The notes under the pieces: model-generated
Told to the model about the DNA's origin: nothing
Databases searched by the model: none
Seen by the model: only the letters and a program-made list of their open reading frames with translations
IMG/VR virus record: IMGVR_UViG_3300037193_001894
Location: 1 to 64,000 of that record
Length of the DNA: 64,000 nucleotides
Strand: one strand, 5' to 3'
From: a virus
Part shown: piece after piece, positions 7,883-17,800 of the stretch
Position numbering within the stretch: position 1 is the first letter of the stretch
Layout of the letters: every line of letters begins with the position of its first letter
Program-made: the position numbers and the translations under genes

Positions 7883-8953
7883 TCAGTTCAGGCGGGAGTG
7901 GCAGAGGTTGCATCGGGCGGCGTGGTCGGAGATGGCCTGTCCTCCGGCCCGCTCCAGCGCCCGCCTGGTGGAGATACGGCTGCGGATCTCCGGGTTGTTG
8001 GCCTGGTTGGTGATGTGGTTGACCAGGTGGAACATCGTCACCTCGTCCTCGGCCATCACCGCGTCAGGGAGGAGGTCCTCCATGCGGCCGATGGTCCGGG
8101 TCGGGAGCCCGTACTCCTGCGACATCCGGCGCAGCATCCCAGTGCGGTCGTCGTCGATCTTCTGGCTGCGCAGGTCGTAGAAGTGCTTGATGGACTTCTC
8201 CACGCCCTCGAACGCCCGCTTGGCCTCGGACCCGAACATGGCCAGGATCTCGCTCTCGTCGGCCCCGCGAGCGTCGATCCGCAGGCCCAGGTTGGGGATC
8301 TCCATCCCGTTGGTGCAGGCCAGCCGGAACAGGTACTCCTGCACCCAGGGGGCGAGGTTCTGCTTGCGGTTCTGCCCGACCCGCACCCCGCCGTGGGTGA
8401 TGTCGCCGATCTTGCGGTCCCCGCCGATGCCCCGGTCGAAGCCCTCGGGCACGATCACGTCGGCCCGGAAGTCGTCGGGCTCGCTCCACCACTCGACGAC
8501 CTGGGACTCCTCGGGCAGGAAGTCGATCAGCCGCTCCACCAAGTCGGCGACGGCGATCCGGCTGGTGTCGCCCCGGTAGACCTCGCGGATGCCGAAGTCG
8601 TTGTACTTGACGACCAGCGGCTCCTCCTTGGACCGGGAGATCCGGTGCTCCAGGATGAACTGCTGCTCGTCGCTGGGGATCCGGCCGAGGAACTTGGTCG
8701 GGATGTCGAAGAAGCCCGCGAGCGCGGTGAGCCCTCGGGGGGTCGCGGCGATCTCGTGCTTGCCGACGGTGATGGTGCCGACCCGGCGCTCCTCAGCCTC
8801 ATCCTCGGAGAGCCCGGCGTGGTCGGGCTCGGACTCCTCCTCGGTCAGCACGACCCGGACATCGACGCTGTTGCACGCGGCGGTGCTGCGGTTGTCGCGG
8901 ACCTCGTGCGCGAGGTCTGCGAGGGTGATGAAGTCTGTGTCTCGCAGGAACAT
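7883..8953 (-). CDS. DUF932-like protein
   Basis: FRLACTNGM motif typical of the DUF932 family; AGGAG SD. Confidence 0.6.
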   Translation of the reverse strand: MFLRDTDFITLADLAHEVRDNRSTAACNSVDVRVVLTEEESEPDHAGLSEDEAEERRVGTITVGKHEIAATPRGLTALAGFFDIPTKFLGRIPSDEQQFILEHRISRSKEEPLVVKYNDFGIREVYRGDTSRIAVADLVERLIDFLPEESQVVEWWSEPDDFRADVIVPEGFDRGIGGDRKIGDITHGGVRVGQNRKQNLAPWVQEYLFRLACTNGMEIPNLGLRIDARGADESEILAMFGSEAKRAFEGVEKSIKHFYDLRSQKIDDDRTGMLRRMSQEYGLPTRTIGRMEDLLPDAVMAEDEVTMFHLVNHITNQANNPEIRSRISTRRALERAGGQAISDHAARCNLCHSRLN

Positions 8954-8998
8954 CGTGGCTCTCCTTCTGTTGGGGTCTGGGGCAGCGTACTAGATTTA

Positions 8999-9679
8999 TT
9001 ATTCTTGCTGCTCCGCCCCTTCGGGCACCTCGTGGGCCTCCCCCTGGACCACATCCCGGCCTGCGGCCTTCGCCGCCAGGGCCTTGAGGATCGGGTTGCG
9101 GTTGAGGGCCTGTCCGTAGCGCTGGAAGACCTCGGGAGGCATGTGCTGCCGGGCCACCTCCAGGTGGATGAACATGGCCTCCTGGTACGCCTCGATGTCG
9201 TAGCCCTCGTCGGAGGTGGACTCGATCTTGTGCTGGAACTGGAGCGCCTGCATCAGGTCGCCCATGGACGGCTCGATCTCGCCGGACATCAGCCGCTCGA
9301 AGCCGCGCTTGACGACCATCTCGTTGACCACCACGTAGTCGGCCAGGTCGTCCTTGCCCGCGATCGCGGCCCCGAGTTGCTCGGCCCGGCGATCCACGAT
9401 CTGGCGGCGGGTGCTGGCCGGGGTGGGCAGGTGGCCCTGCCGGACGTGGTTGGCGATCGCCTCGTCCGAGGGGTGCGGGAGAGACCCGACCGGCATCTTC
9501 TGCAACTCGCGACCGATCGCCGAGTACGACCGGCCGATGATCAACTCGTTCTCGATGAACTGCCGGTGCGGGCTCTGGCAGGTCCGGCAGTTGTGGACCG
9601 AGACCATCGGGTAGTCGTGGCCCCCGACCCGGACCATCGACATCGAGGTGCTCGGCCGACGCTCGTGCGGATTGCTCAT
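8999..9679 (-). CDS. Zn-finger/HTH protein, candidate terminase small subunit
   Basis: CRTCQSPHRQFIENELIIGRSYSAIGRE...IANH followed by a helical region; a few genes upstream of terL; ATGA overlap. Confidence 0.5.
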   Translation of the reverse strand: MSNPHERRPSTSMSMVRVGGHDYPMVSVHNCRTCQSPHRQFIENELIIGRSYSAIGRELQKMPVGSLPHPSDEAIANHVRQGHLPTPASTRRQIVDRRAEQLGAAIAGKDDLADYVVVNEMVVKRGFERLMSGEIEPSMGDLMQALQFQHKIESTSDEGYDIEAYQEAMFIHLEVARQHMPPEVFQRYGQALNRNPILKALAAKAAGRDVVQGEAHEVPEGAEQQE

Positions 9680-10035
9680 GTGGGGTCCCATCCGGCCGTC
9701 CCCGAGAGGGGGCCTTCCTGTCCGGGCAGGCGGTTCTCCTGGACGTGTGAGGCCAGGGACTCGGTGCGCCTGCCCCGGACCACCCCGTCGCGGCTGTTGA
9801 GGTGCTCTGAGGAGGGGTTCCAGGCTCGGTGGTACATGCCCTTGCGGACCGAGGCGTCGGGGGTCCCCGAGGCCGAGTAGACCTCTCGGCCGCGCCGGTC
9901 CTGCTCCTTCCAGGGGGTCAGGATGTCGGACTTCTCGCTCATGGAGGTGACCCCCTCCAGGCTCTTGCGGATCAGTTCTGTGGCGGCGTCCTCCAACGCC
10001 TGGTGTACGCCGTAGCGCACGATCCCCCCGGTCAC
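9676..10035 (-). CDS. Hypothetical protein
   Basis: 119-aa ORF fills the gap and is coupled to both neighbours; alternative start at ~9942. Confidence 0.6.
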   Translation of the reverse strand: MTGGIVRYGVHQALEDAATELIRKSLEGVTSMSEKSDILTPWKEQDRRGREVYSASGTPDASVRKGMYHRAWNPSSEHLNSRDGVVRGRRTESLASHVQENRLPGQEGPLSGTAGWDPT

Positions 10036-10036
10036 C

Positions 10037-10414
10037 TCAGACCGCCTGCGCGAGTGCGGGCGTCGGGGTGTGGAACTTCCGGAGTTGGCCCGACTCGATC
10101 ATCACGATGATCCGCTTGAGGCCGTTGTTGGCGTACACGGCGACGGGGCTTGTCTCGGAGACCCCCATCATCCGTGCGGCCTCACGTTCCTTGATGTTGC
10201 GGTACAGGCACAACTCGATGGCCTGGCGCTGGCGGGGGCTTAGGTGGACGCGGCACTCGTAGAGGTACTGGATGTCCCACAGGGACCACTCTGTGCCGTC
10301 GGGAGCGATCAGGGTGTCGGTGCCCTCGGACTCGTAGAGGGACCGGAATGCTTGGAGGTTACGGAGCAACTCACGGAGTACCGCGAGGTTGATGGGTGCG
10401 ATCTCGCCCTGCAA
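10037..10414 (-). CDS. Sigma-70 region-4-like HTH transcription factor
   Basis: LSPRQRQAIELCLYRNIKEREAARMMGVSET...NGLKRI; start uncertain. Confidence 0.7.
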   Translation of the reverse strand: MQGEIAPINLAVLRELLRNLQAFRSLYESEGTDTLIAPDGTEWSLWDIQYLYECRVHLSPRQRQAIELCLYRNIKEREAARMMGVSETSPVAVYANNGLKRIIVMIESGQLRKFHTPTPALAQAV

Positions 10415-10553
10415 CTAAACCAGTGGCTCACCTTCTCTGGCCCCAAGTTCGGTGAACACCCTGTAGGCGGGTGGACGGTCATCCGCTCCGTCAGACACCA
10501 GGGTAACTCTGGTACCACCACTTTTTCCAGGAAGTCTTGGTAGAGACACTTCA

Positions 10554-11237
10554 CTAGGAGTAGAGCGAGTCCTTGAGCCGCTGGCCGAGCCGCTCCAGCG
10601 AGCGCACCAGGGCGTCGGCCTTGCGGCTGTAGAGGCTCTCGAAGATCGCGAAGTAGCGCTCGTCGCGGGAGCCAGCCCGGGCTCGCTGGGTCATCGCCTC
10701 GTCGGTCTTGCGACCACCCTGGGAGGTGTCGGAGAACTCGACCGCGAACCGCTCCTCCCACTGGGCCTTGGCGAACATCGCCTCACCCCAGGCGTCGGCA
10801 GCCTTCTGCTCCCACTCGAACAGACGGGTGTTGATCTGGAACAGGAACTCGTCGCGCTCCTTGGAGCCGAGCCGGGAGTAGTCCTCGATGTACCGCCCCG
10901 AGACGGTCTTGGCCCAGACCGGGAAGCCGTAGCGGTCGGTGAGGACCTCCCCGTCGTCGTTCACCTCGGGCTCGCGCACGATGTCGTAGATGTCGTTGAT
11001 GATCTGGTAGGCGTCGGCGAAGTTCGTCAGCACCCGGTCCTCGGCGGTCTGCAAGATCATCGAGATCAGCGGCGCGTCGTGGCCGTGCCAGTCGGTCCGC
11101 ATCCTGGTGAAGCCCGGCGTCCGGGTCTCCTTGGTGCGGTCCTCGTGCACGTCCACCTCGGCGGGCGTCTCGAAGTCCTCCGAGGCCTCCTTGACGGCAG
11201 CCTCGACCGCCTTCGCCTCAGCAATCTCGGTGCTCAT
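10554..11237 (-). CDS. Hypothetical helical protein in the recombination cluster
   Basis: 3' part of ORF 10554..11390 from MSTEIAEAK; GGGGAG SD. Confidence 0.7.
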   Translation of the reverse strand: MSTEIAEAKAVEAAVKEASEDFETPAEVDVHEDRTKETRTPGFTRMRTDWHGHDAPLISMILQTAEDRVLTNFADAYQIINDIYDIVREPEVNDDGEVLTDRYGFPVWAKTVSGRYIEDYSRLGSKERDEFLFQINTRLFEWEQKAADAWGEAMFAKAQWEERFAVEFSDTSQGGRKTDEAMTQRARAGSRDERYFAIFESLYSRKADALVRSLERLGQRLKDSLYS

Positions 11238-11238
11238 C

Positions 11239-11451
11239 TCAGGCTCCCCGGGGCGTGAAGGTCTTCCAGCCATACAGCACTGCGTCGCAGAGCGAGCAGG
11301 CCATGCGGTCCTGCTGCTTGCCCGGCAGGGTGGGGTGGTCGCGCACCTCGCGCTCCATCCGGTGAAACGTCCCGGGCTTGTCCGACCCATGCGGCCCCTT
11401 GCCGTTGGGGCATGGAGCGCTCGTGTCGAACTCGGGGTGCCTGATCTCCAT
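11239..11451 (-). CDS. Small hypothetical protein (C..H..CxxC)
   Basis: MEIRHPEFD...CSLCD; start overlaps the upstream stop (TGATG). Confidence 0.6.
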   Translation of the reverse strand: MEIRHPEFDTSAPCPNGKGPHGSDKPGTFHRMEREVRDHPTLPGKQQDRMACSLCDAVLYGWKTFTPRGA

Positions 11452-12089
11452 CACTGCTCGCTCCGCTTCTTGGCCCAGAGGTACTGGAGCCCGAGCAACA
11501 CGGAGTCGTGCACGTCCTGGTTCCAGCGGGTGGTGTTGCGCCGCTCCCGGGGGATCAGCAGGTTGACCCGGGAGGTGCCGTGCACCTTGTCGATCGAGGG
11601 TGCCCCCACGAGGTTCGCGTAGGCCTGCTGGCGGCTGATCATCACGATCGGGCAGGGCCAGATCGGGTGCTGGTCGTTGGCCCGCCTGACCTCGCGGGCA
11701 GCCATCAGCGAGGACTCCGTTCGGTACCCCATCACCGCAGGCATCTCGTGGACGATGGCCTCGACGCCCTGCCACGCCTTGACCACCTCCTCGATGGCCT
11801 CGCCCATGATCGCGGCCTTGGCGAAGGTCTCCTCGAACCCCTTGAGCCCGGCCGGAGCCTTGGCCTCCAGCCTCCCGCCAGCGTGGATGTAGAGCCCCGG
11901 CTCGGTGACGCTGTTGCCCGGCTCGTTCGCCACCAGGGACCATCCGGTCTTGGTCAGCGTCTGGTCGAAGGACAGCACCGCGCCATAGGCGAAGTCGTCC
12001 AGGGTGGGCTCGGTGAAGGCCCGCCGTCGGCCCCGCTTCCCCTTGTGCTCGCTGATCTTCTCGCGCAGGTCTTCCAGAGCGCTGGTCAT
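11451..12089 (-). CDS. RuvC-like Holliday junction resolvase
   Basis: VLSFDQTLTKTGWS, IVHEMP, NQDVHDSVLLG acidic residue pattern; ATGA overlap. Confidence 0.75.
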   Translation of the reverse strand: MTSALEDLREKISEHKGKRGRRRAFTEPTLDDFAYGAVLSFDQTLTKTGWSLVANEPGNSVTEPGLYIHAGGRLEAKAPAGLKGFEETFAKAAIMGEAIEEVVKAWQGVEAIVHEMPAVMGYRTESSLMAAREVRRANDQHPIWPCPIVMISRQQAYANLVGAPSIDKVHGTSRVNLLIPRERRNTTRWNQDVHDSVLLGLQYLWAKKRSEQ

Positions 12090-12931
12090 CGCATCCTCCC
12101 CACCGGACAGACGTTGCGAGCGAAGCAGGCCTTCGACTCCTTGGACTTGATCGCGCAGCAGGCATCGGGGAGGTCCCCGGTCCGCTCGGCCTCCCGGACC
12201 CGGCCGTACCGGGCCTTGAGGTCTGCCACGAAGCGGTAGTCGTAGGGCACCTCGATCTCGACCAACTTCCACGGGAAGCCGAGGACGCAGAACAGGATGA
12301 TCGCCTTCTGCATCCCGGTCATGTCGAGGTAGTCCTGGACCTGGGCGTAGTACTCAGGCTTCTTGGTCTTGAGCCAGTCCAGCGCGTGGTGCTCCAGCCC
12401 GAACGAGGCCCTGGGGTTGATCGTCTTGAACTCGAACAGGCCCCGGCCCCAGTCGTTGAGGGAGACCTGGAGGATCCCGTCCATGTGCCCCCTGCGGCCG
12501 AGCACCTTGTCCATCGCCCCGTACTCGTCGCACTCGTTCTTGCGGTTGCCGTGCTGGAGCCCGCAGGCGATGCAGGTGCCGACGGGCCTGAGCAGCAGCC
12601 CGGCGTCGATCAGGCAGGTCTGGATGAACGAGTGGACGGCGGTGCCCATGATCATCGCCATCCGGTTCTCGTAGGCGATGTCCTCGGGGATCAGATCGTC
12701 GGGGTCGGCGGTCAGGTAGTAGTACAACTGCCGCTCGCCCATCAGAGGGTGCGTGGAGGGGTGGAAGAACCCGTCCGGCCTGCGCTCGGTCCCCTCGTCG
12801 CGGAACGTCACGTCGAAGACCTTGGGGAACTTCGCCGCCTGCATGTAGGACTCGACCAGCGGAACGACCACCAGGTCCTGGCTGATCATCTGCGCCATGC
12901 GGCGGAACTTGGGGGTCGCCTGCGCGCTCAT
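12086..12931 (-). CDS. Cas4-like / PD-(D/E)XK exonuclease
   Basis: FHPS...GTAVHSFIQ...GHMDGIL...FEFKTIN...YAQVQDYL, with a C-terminal Cys cluster. Confidence 0.82.
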   Translation of the reverse strand: MSAQATPKFRRMAQMISQDLVVVPLVESYMQAAKFPKVFDVTFRDEGTERRPDGFFHPSTHPLMGERQLYYYLTADPDDLIPEDIAYENRMAMIMGTAVHSFIQTCLIDAGLLLRPVGTCIACGLQHGNRKNECDEYGAMDKVLGRRGHMDGILQVSLNDWGRGLFEFKTINPRASFGLEHHALDWLKTKKPEYYAQVQDYLDMTGMQKAIILFCVLGFPWKLVEIEVPYDYRFVADLKARYGRVREAERTGDLPDACCAIKSKESKACFARNVCPVGRMR

Positions 12932-13425
12932 CAGCAGCACCCCACCCTCGACGCCTCGTAGGGGAACCTGGCACAGCCCCGGCACGGGCCGCGCTTGACG
13001 AACATGCCGGGCACCGAGTCGGACTCGACAGGCCCGTGCTCGTGGTTGCCCTCCAGGCACCCGATCTCCTCGATCACCGCCATCTTGTTCGCGGCCTCCA
13101 GCACCTCGGCCATGTCGTGGGCGTTGACCGCTACCCAGTCCTTGTCCACCTCCAGCGCCTCGTTCTTGTACCAGCGCAGGCCGATCATGGGGCGCTCGCC
13201 ACCGGCCTGCTCGCGGGCCTTGGCGATCATCGACAGCGGGATGCTCAGGCTCTGGCGCAGCGTGGACTTGCCGTCCCAGGCGAACGCGAACCGCATGTTG
13301 TGGCGGCTGGTGCGGCCGTCCATCGGGTTGCGCCACTGGTTGCCGGAGCCCCTGCTGGCCTTGCCCTCGAACAGGGCCTCCAGGAACGCCTCGTGGGCGT
13401 CCCCCATCCTCTTGTTGAGGCTCAT
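12931..13425 (-). CDS. Hjc-like (PD-(D/E)XK) resolvase/endonuclease
   Basis: KRMGDAHE...RGSGNQW..PMDG...WDGKST...KAREQAGGERPMIGL. Confidence 0.65.
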   Translation of the reverse strand: MSLNKRMGDAHEAFLEALFEGKASRGSGNQWRNPMDGRTSRHNMRFAFAWDGKSTLRQSLSIPLSMIAKAREQAGGERPMIGLRWYKNEALEVDKDWVAVNAHDMAEVLEAANKMAVIEEIGCLEGNHEHGPVESDSVPGMFVKRGPCRGCARFPYEASRVGCC

Positions 13426-13769
13426 CGGGTGAACCTCCCGTAGGTCTCGGAGCAGAACAGGTCCACCCCGCCGTCGGGGTGCCCGGGGATCGGCCAGAAC
13501 AGCACCGAGTCGCCGGGGCGGAACGGCCGCTGGTGGCAGTTGCACACCGGAGGCTCCCGGTCGCCCTGGGGGTTGTAGACGACGAACCGGGGCGGGTTGT
13601 CCGGGTCGATGGGCTGGGGCTCGTCGCCCTCGGGCTCGACCGGCTCGGGCGGCGGCACCGAGGATGCCTGGTTGCTGCGGTGCACCTTGAGCAGCAGGTA
13701 CACCCAGACGGCCAGGACCAGGCTCAGCAGCAGCGAGCAGGCGATGATGGCGATGGCGGGGCCACTCAC
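13422..13769 (-). CDS. Small membrane protein
   Basis: N-terminal hydrophobic helix, Pro/Glu linker, CNCH...C C-terminal domain. Confidence 0.7.
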   Translation of the reverse strand: MSGPAIAIIACSLLLSLVLAVWVYLLLKVHRSNQASSVPPPEPVEPEGDEPQPIDPDNPPRFVVYNPQGDREPPVCNCHQRPFRPGDSVLFWPIPGHPDGGVDLFCSETYGRFTR

Positions 13770-14887
13770 GCCGACGCCACCTCATGCTCGAACTCGACAT
13801 CCATCTCCTCGCGCACGTCGCCGGAGAGGATCGCCAGCACCTCGGAGCGGATGAACTCCAGGTCGTCGGGGCACGCCCGCAGGTGCGCGCCGACCTTCTC
13901 CTTGCCCTGGAACCGGTGCGGGTCGCCGCCGTCGGGCCGGGGCAGGTAGTACCAGGCCCCGCGCTGCTCGATCACGTCGTGCAGCACGCCGACCAGGATC
14001 GCCTCGTCCACCTTGTCGATCCCGACCGTGCCGTACTCGTCGGTGTCGGCGTTGATGATGTAGTACTCGGCCTTCTTGCCCTGCACGGCGACCTTGGAGC
14101 GGACCACCCGGGCGCGGACCTGACGGCCGATGATGGTGTCCTCCTCGTCACCGGGCAGCCGGTACCGGATCGGCTCACCGCCGCCGTGCGACATCACCGT
14201 CTTGGTGGTGGTCGAGTACTTGAGCGCCTTGGGGCCAGCCGACTCGTCCATGCCCTGGGGGTTGGAGAGGTTGGCCCGGTGCTGGTTGATCAGGATCGCG
14301 GTGACCTTGTTGCGTCGGCACAGCACCGCGCAGCGCTTGACCATCCGGGTGATCACCTGGGCGTTGCGGCCCATCACCTTGTCCCCGGCCTCCTTCTCGA
14401 AGGCCTCCTTGGACTCCATGCCGCCGATCGAATCCACCACGATCATCGAGAACAGGCCGGTCTCGGCCTGCTGGGCGAGCATGTCGCTCACGTCCTCGGA
14501 GTCGTCGGGGTACAGGTGCAGCCAGTGGTCGTCGTCGGTCTGGAGGCCGAGCGCCTCGGCCCAGGCGTAGTCGAAGGTCTGCTCCATGTCGATGTACCCC
14601 ACCGCCTTGTCGGGGTACTTGCGCTGGGCCTCGACCATCCCGGCGATCGCGGTGGTGGTCTTGCCGACCCCCTCGGGGCCGACGATCTCGTGCATCCGGC
14701 CCTCGACGTACCCGCCCGTGCGGTGGGCGGCGTCCAGGGTCAGCGAGCCCGTGGAGATGACCTCGTAGCGCTGGACGGTCTCTCGGCGCACGACACGATC
14801 GCCGTAGCGCTTGGCCAACCTGTCGCGCAGCGCGGACATGCTGCTCGGCGGCGGGGCCGGGGCCTTCTTCTTGGTCTTCGGGGGCAC
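13766..14887 (-). CDS. recA: RecA/UvsX-like recombinase
   Basis: ISTGSLTLD, GPEGVGKTT, YIDMEQ, IVVDSIG, INQHR, GPKALKY, EQRGAWY. Confidence 0.93.
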   Translation of the reverse strand: MPPKTKKKAPAPPPSSMSALRDRLAKRYGDRVVRRETVQRYEVISTGSLTLDAAHRTGGYVEGRMHEIVGPEGVGKTTTAIAGMVEAQRKYPDKAVGYIDMEQTFDYAWAEALGLQTDDDHWLHLYPDDSEDVSDMLAQQAETGLFSMIVVDSIGGMESKEAFEKEAGDKVMGRNAQVITRMVKRCAVLCRRNKVTAILINQHRANLSNPQGMDESAGPKALKYSTTTKTVMSHGGGEPIRYRLPGDEEDTIIGRQVRARVVRSKVAVQGKKAEYYIINADTDEYGTVGIDKVDEAILVGVLHDVIEQRGAWYYLPRPDGGDPHRFQGKEKVGAHLRACPDDLEFIRSEVLAILSGDVREEMDVEFEHEVASA

Positions 14888-14897
14888 GGTGCTCTCC

Positions 14898-17800
14898 TCA
14901 CATCACGGGGTAGACAGCGGCGAGGTTCATGCCGCGCTCGTTCTTGATGACCTCGACGATGCGGAGGTCTCCGGTCGTCAAGTTGTTGCGGAACTTCTCC
15001 CAGGTCTTGCTGAACACCACGACATCGAGGTCGCTGCGCTCGGTGGCCAGGCTGAGGAAGGCCATCTCGTTCTTGTTGGAGTCGATGTGCTTGCGCACCC
15101 GGTTGACGACGACGGCGAGCAGGTAGATCCCCTCGGGGCCGTCGATGATCTCCTCGGCCTGGGCGGTCAGCACCTCCCGGTCCTCGACGTTGGTGATCTG
15201 GTCGAACGGGGTCGAGGAGAGGTGCAGGCCGAGCACCTCCATCTCGATCGTGCGCACGTCCACGTCGGTGTAGGGCTCGATCGTGGCGATGTCCAGCGGG
15301 GCGGGGGCCAGGTACTGGCGGCACGCCTTGGTGCACTTCTTCGGCGGGTCCTTCTTCTTGAGCGTCTTCCCCGTCCGGGGGTTGATCGGCGCGGGCTCGC
15401 TGGCCCAGTCGAAGGAGCAGCCGAGGTTGAACGGGTGCTCGGGGTTCGGCAGGTCGGTCTTGAACTGGCACCGGGCCGACTCCCCGGTCTTGTCCATCAG
15501 CAGCATCGTCTCCAGGCCGCGTCGGTTGGGCACCAGGGAGTCGAACGCGCCGATCTTGGCCAGGGTCGCCTGGACTCCCCGATCCACGCCGGAGCGCCCC
15601 TGGAAGTCCTCGAAGGACGAGTAGGGCTGTCCGGCCAGGATCTTCTCGCACGCAGCGTCGCCGAGCCCGCTGATCGCCTTGAGCCCGTACCGGACGCCGA
15701 GGCCGTGGGCGGTGAACGAGGTCGAGGACTCGTTGATGTCCGGGGGCAGGATCGAGAACCCCATCCGGCGAGCCTCGTTGACGAACTCGGGGATGCGCTC
15801 CTCCTTGACGGTGGAGAGCACCGAGGTGAAGAACTCGACCGGGTAGTGCACCTTGAGCCAGGCCGTCCAGTAGGCCAGCACTGCGTAGCCGTAGGCGTGC
15901 GCCCGGTTGAACGAGTACTTGGCGAACTCGGCCATCTGGTCCCACAGGTGCTGCGCGGCCTGCCGGTCCATCCCGTGGACGACGCACCCCTCGACGAACT
16001 TCTCCCCGGCAGCCTGGACCTTCTCGACCTTCTTCTTGCCCAGGATGCTGCGCACCGTGTCGGCCTCGGAGAGCGTGTAGCCCGCGAGCACCTTGCAGGT
16101 CTCCATGATGTCCTCCTGGTACAGGAGGCATCCGTAGGTCTTCGAGAGCACCGGCTCCAGCCGGGGGTCGGGGTAGATGACCTCGGAGTCGCCGTCACGG
16201 CGCTCGATGTAGAGGTCGGTCAGCCCCGCCCGCTTGGGTCCGGGCCGGACCAGGGTGAGCACGTCGGCGAACTCGTTCATGTTGCTCGGGCGGATGCGCT
16301 GGATCAGCCTGGTGCCGCTGGCGGTCTCCACCTGGAACACCCCGAGCGTGAGCCCGTCGCTGAGCGTGTCCCACACCATCGGGTCGTGGTACTCGTCCAC
16401 CCACTGGTGGATGTTGACCCGGTGCCCGCGCTTCTCCTCGATCAGGTCCACGCAGTTCTGGATCGTGTCGAGGGTGCGCAGGGTGAGGATGTCGAACTTG
16501 ATGTAGCCCATCCGCTCCAGGTCACCCATCTCGAACTGGGTGATCATCTGGCCCTGGCCCTCGCCCTCCTCGTCGCCCCTGCGGAGCGGGAGGCTGTCCA
16601 CCAGCGACTCGTCGGTGGAGACCACCAGACCGGCCGCGTGCTTGCCGTAGGACTTGAGGATCCCGACCAGCCTCTCGGCCATGTCGAACAACTCGGGGTA
16701 CTTCGCGGCGTACGGCTCCAGGAGGTCGCCCTCCTGCGCCCACAGGGCGTCCCAGGAGAGCCCCAGGCCCGCTGTGCTCGCCTCGGCCTCGGTGATGATC
16801 TTGGAGACCTTCTCCAGGTCCGCCCAGGCCGTCTCCGGCAACTGCGACTTCATCGCCCGGCCGAGGTCCTTGATGATGCCCTTGTTCTTGAGCCGCAGGT
16901 GGGTGCCCACCCGGACCACGCGCTCCGCGCCGTACTTGTCGGTGATGTAGTCCTGCACCCAGGGACGCCACGAGGTGGGGAAGTCCACGTCGAAGTCCGG
17001 GGGCGAGTCGCGACCCTCGGTGAGGAACCGCTCGAACAGCAGCCCACCCTCGATCGGATCCAGGTCGGTGATCCCGGCCAGGTAGGCGACGATCGACCCA
17101 CCGCCCGAGCCACGGCCGGGGCCGACCAGGCAGCCCGCACCCTTCGCGGAGGTCACGTAGTCAGCGACCTGGAGGTAGTAGCCGCAGTAGCGCTTGGAGA
17201 TGAGCAGGGCCATCTCGCGCTCAAAGCGGGCCATCGCGTCGTCGAGGCTGTAGGACTTGTTGGTGACCCGGTGCCAGTTGCTCAGGCACAGGTCCAGCAG
17301 CCGCTCAACGTCGCGCTCCTCGCCGCCCACCTTGGAGTAGACCGGCATCAGCACCCGGTGCTCGATGTGCGCGGTGCACCGGTCGGCGATCCTGGCGGTG
17401 CTGGCCACGGCCTCGTCCACGGCCTCGAAGCCGAGGTAGGCCAGCCCTGCACGGACCTCCGCCTCGCTCTTGACGTAGAGCCCGAGGTCGTGGGCGAACA
17501 GGTCGGTCTCGTCCTGCACGTCGGTGTTGGTGTTCGCGGCCACCCACGCCTTGTGCTCGTGGCGGTGCTCGGCGGTCGGGTAGTGCGAGTCCACGGTGGC
17601 CACGAGGGGAACGCCGTGCTCGCGGCCGAAGGCAACCATCGCCTCGTTGACCTTCTTCTGCTCCGGCAGGTCGTTGGGCATGACCTCCAGGTAGAACCGG
17701 TCACCGAAGATGCCCCGGAGCCGAGCGAGCCGCTCACGGGCCAGGGCCTCGTCGTCCTCGATCACGGGTACGGCCAGCGGGCCGCGCAGGCAGCCGGAGA

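Noticed and set aside
12086-12931. CRISPR-Cas system suggested by the Cas4-like gene and DinG
   Set aside because: No repeat-spacer array or other cas genes seen; stand-alone Cas4-like nucleases are common in phage recombination modules.
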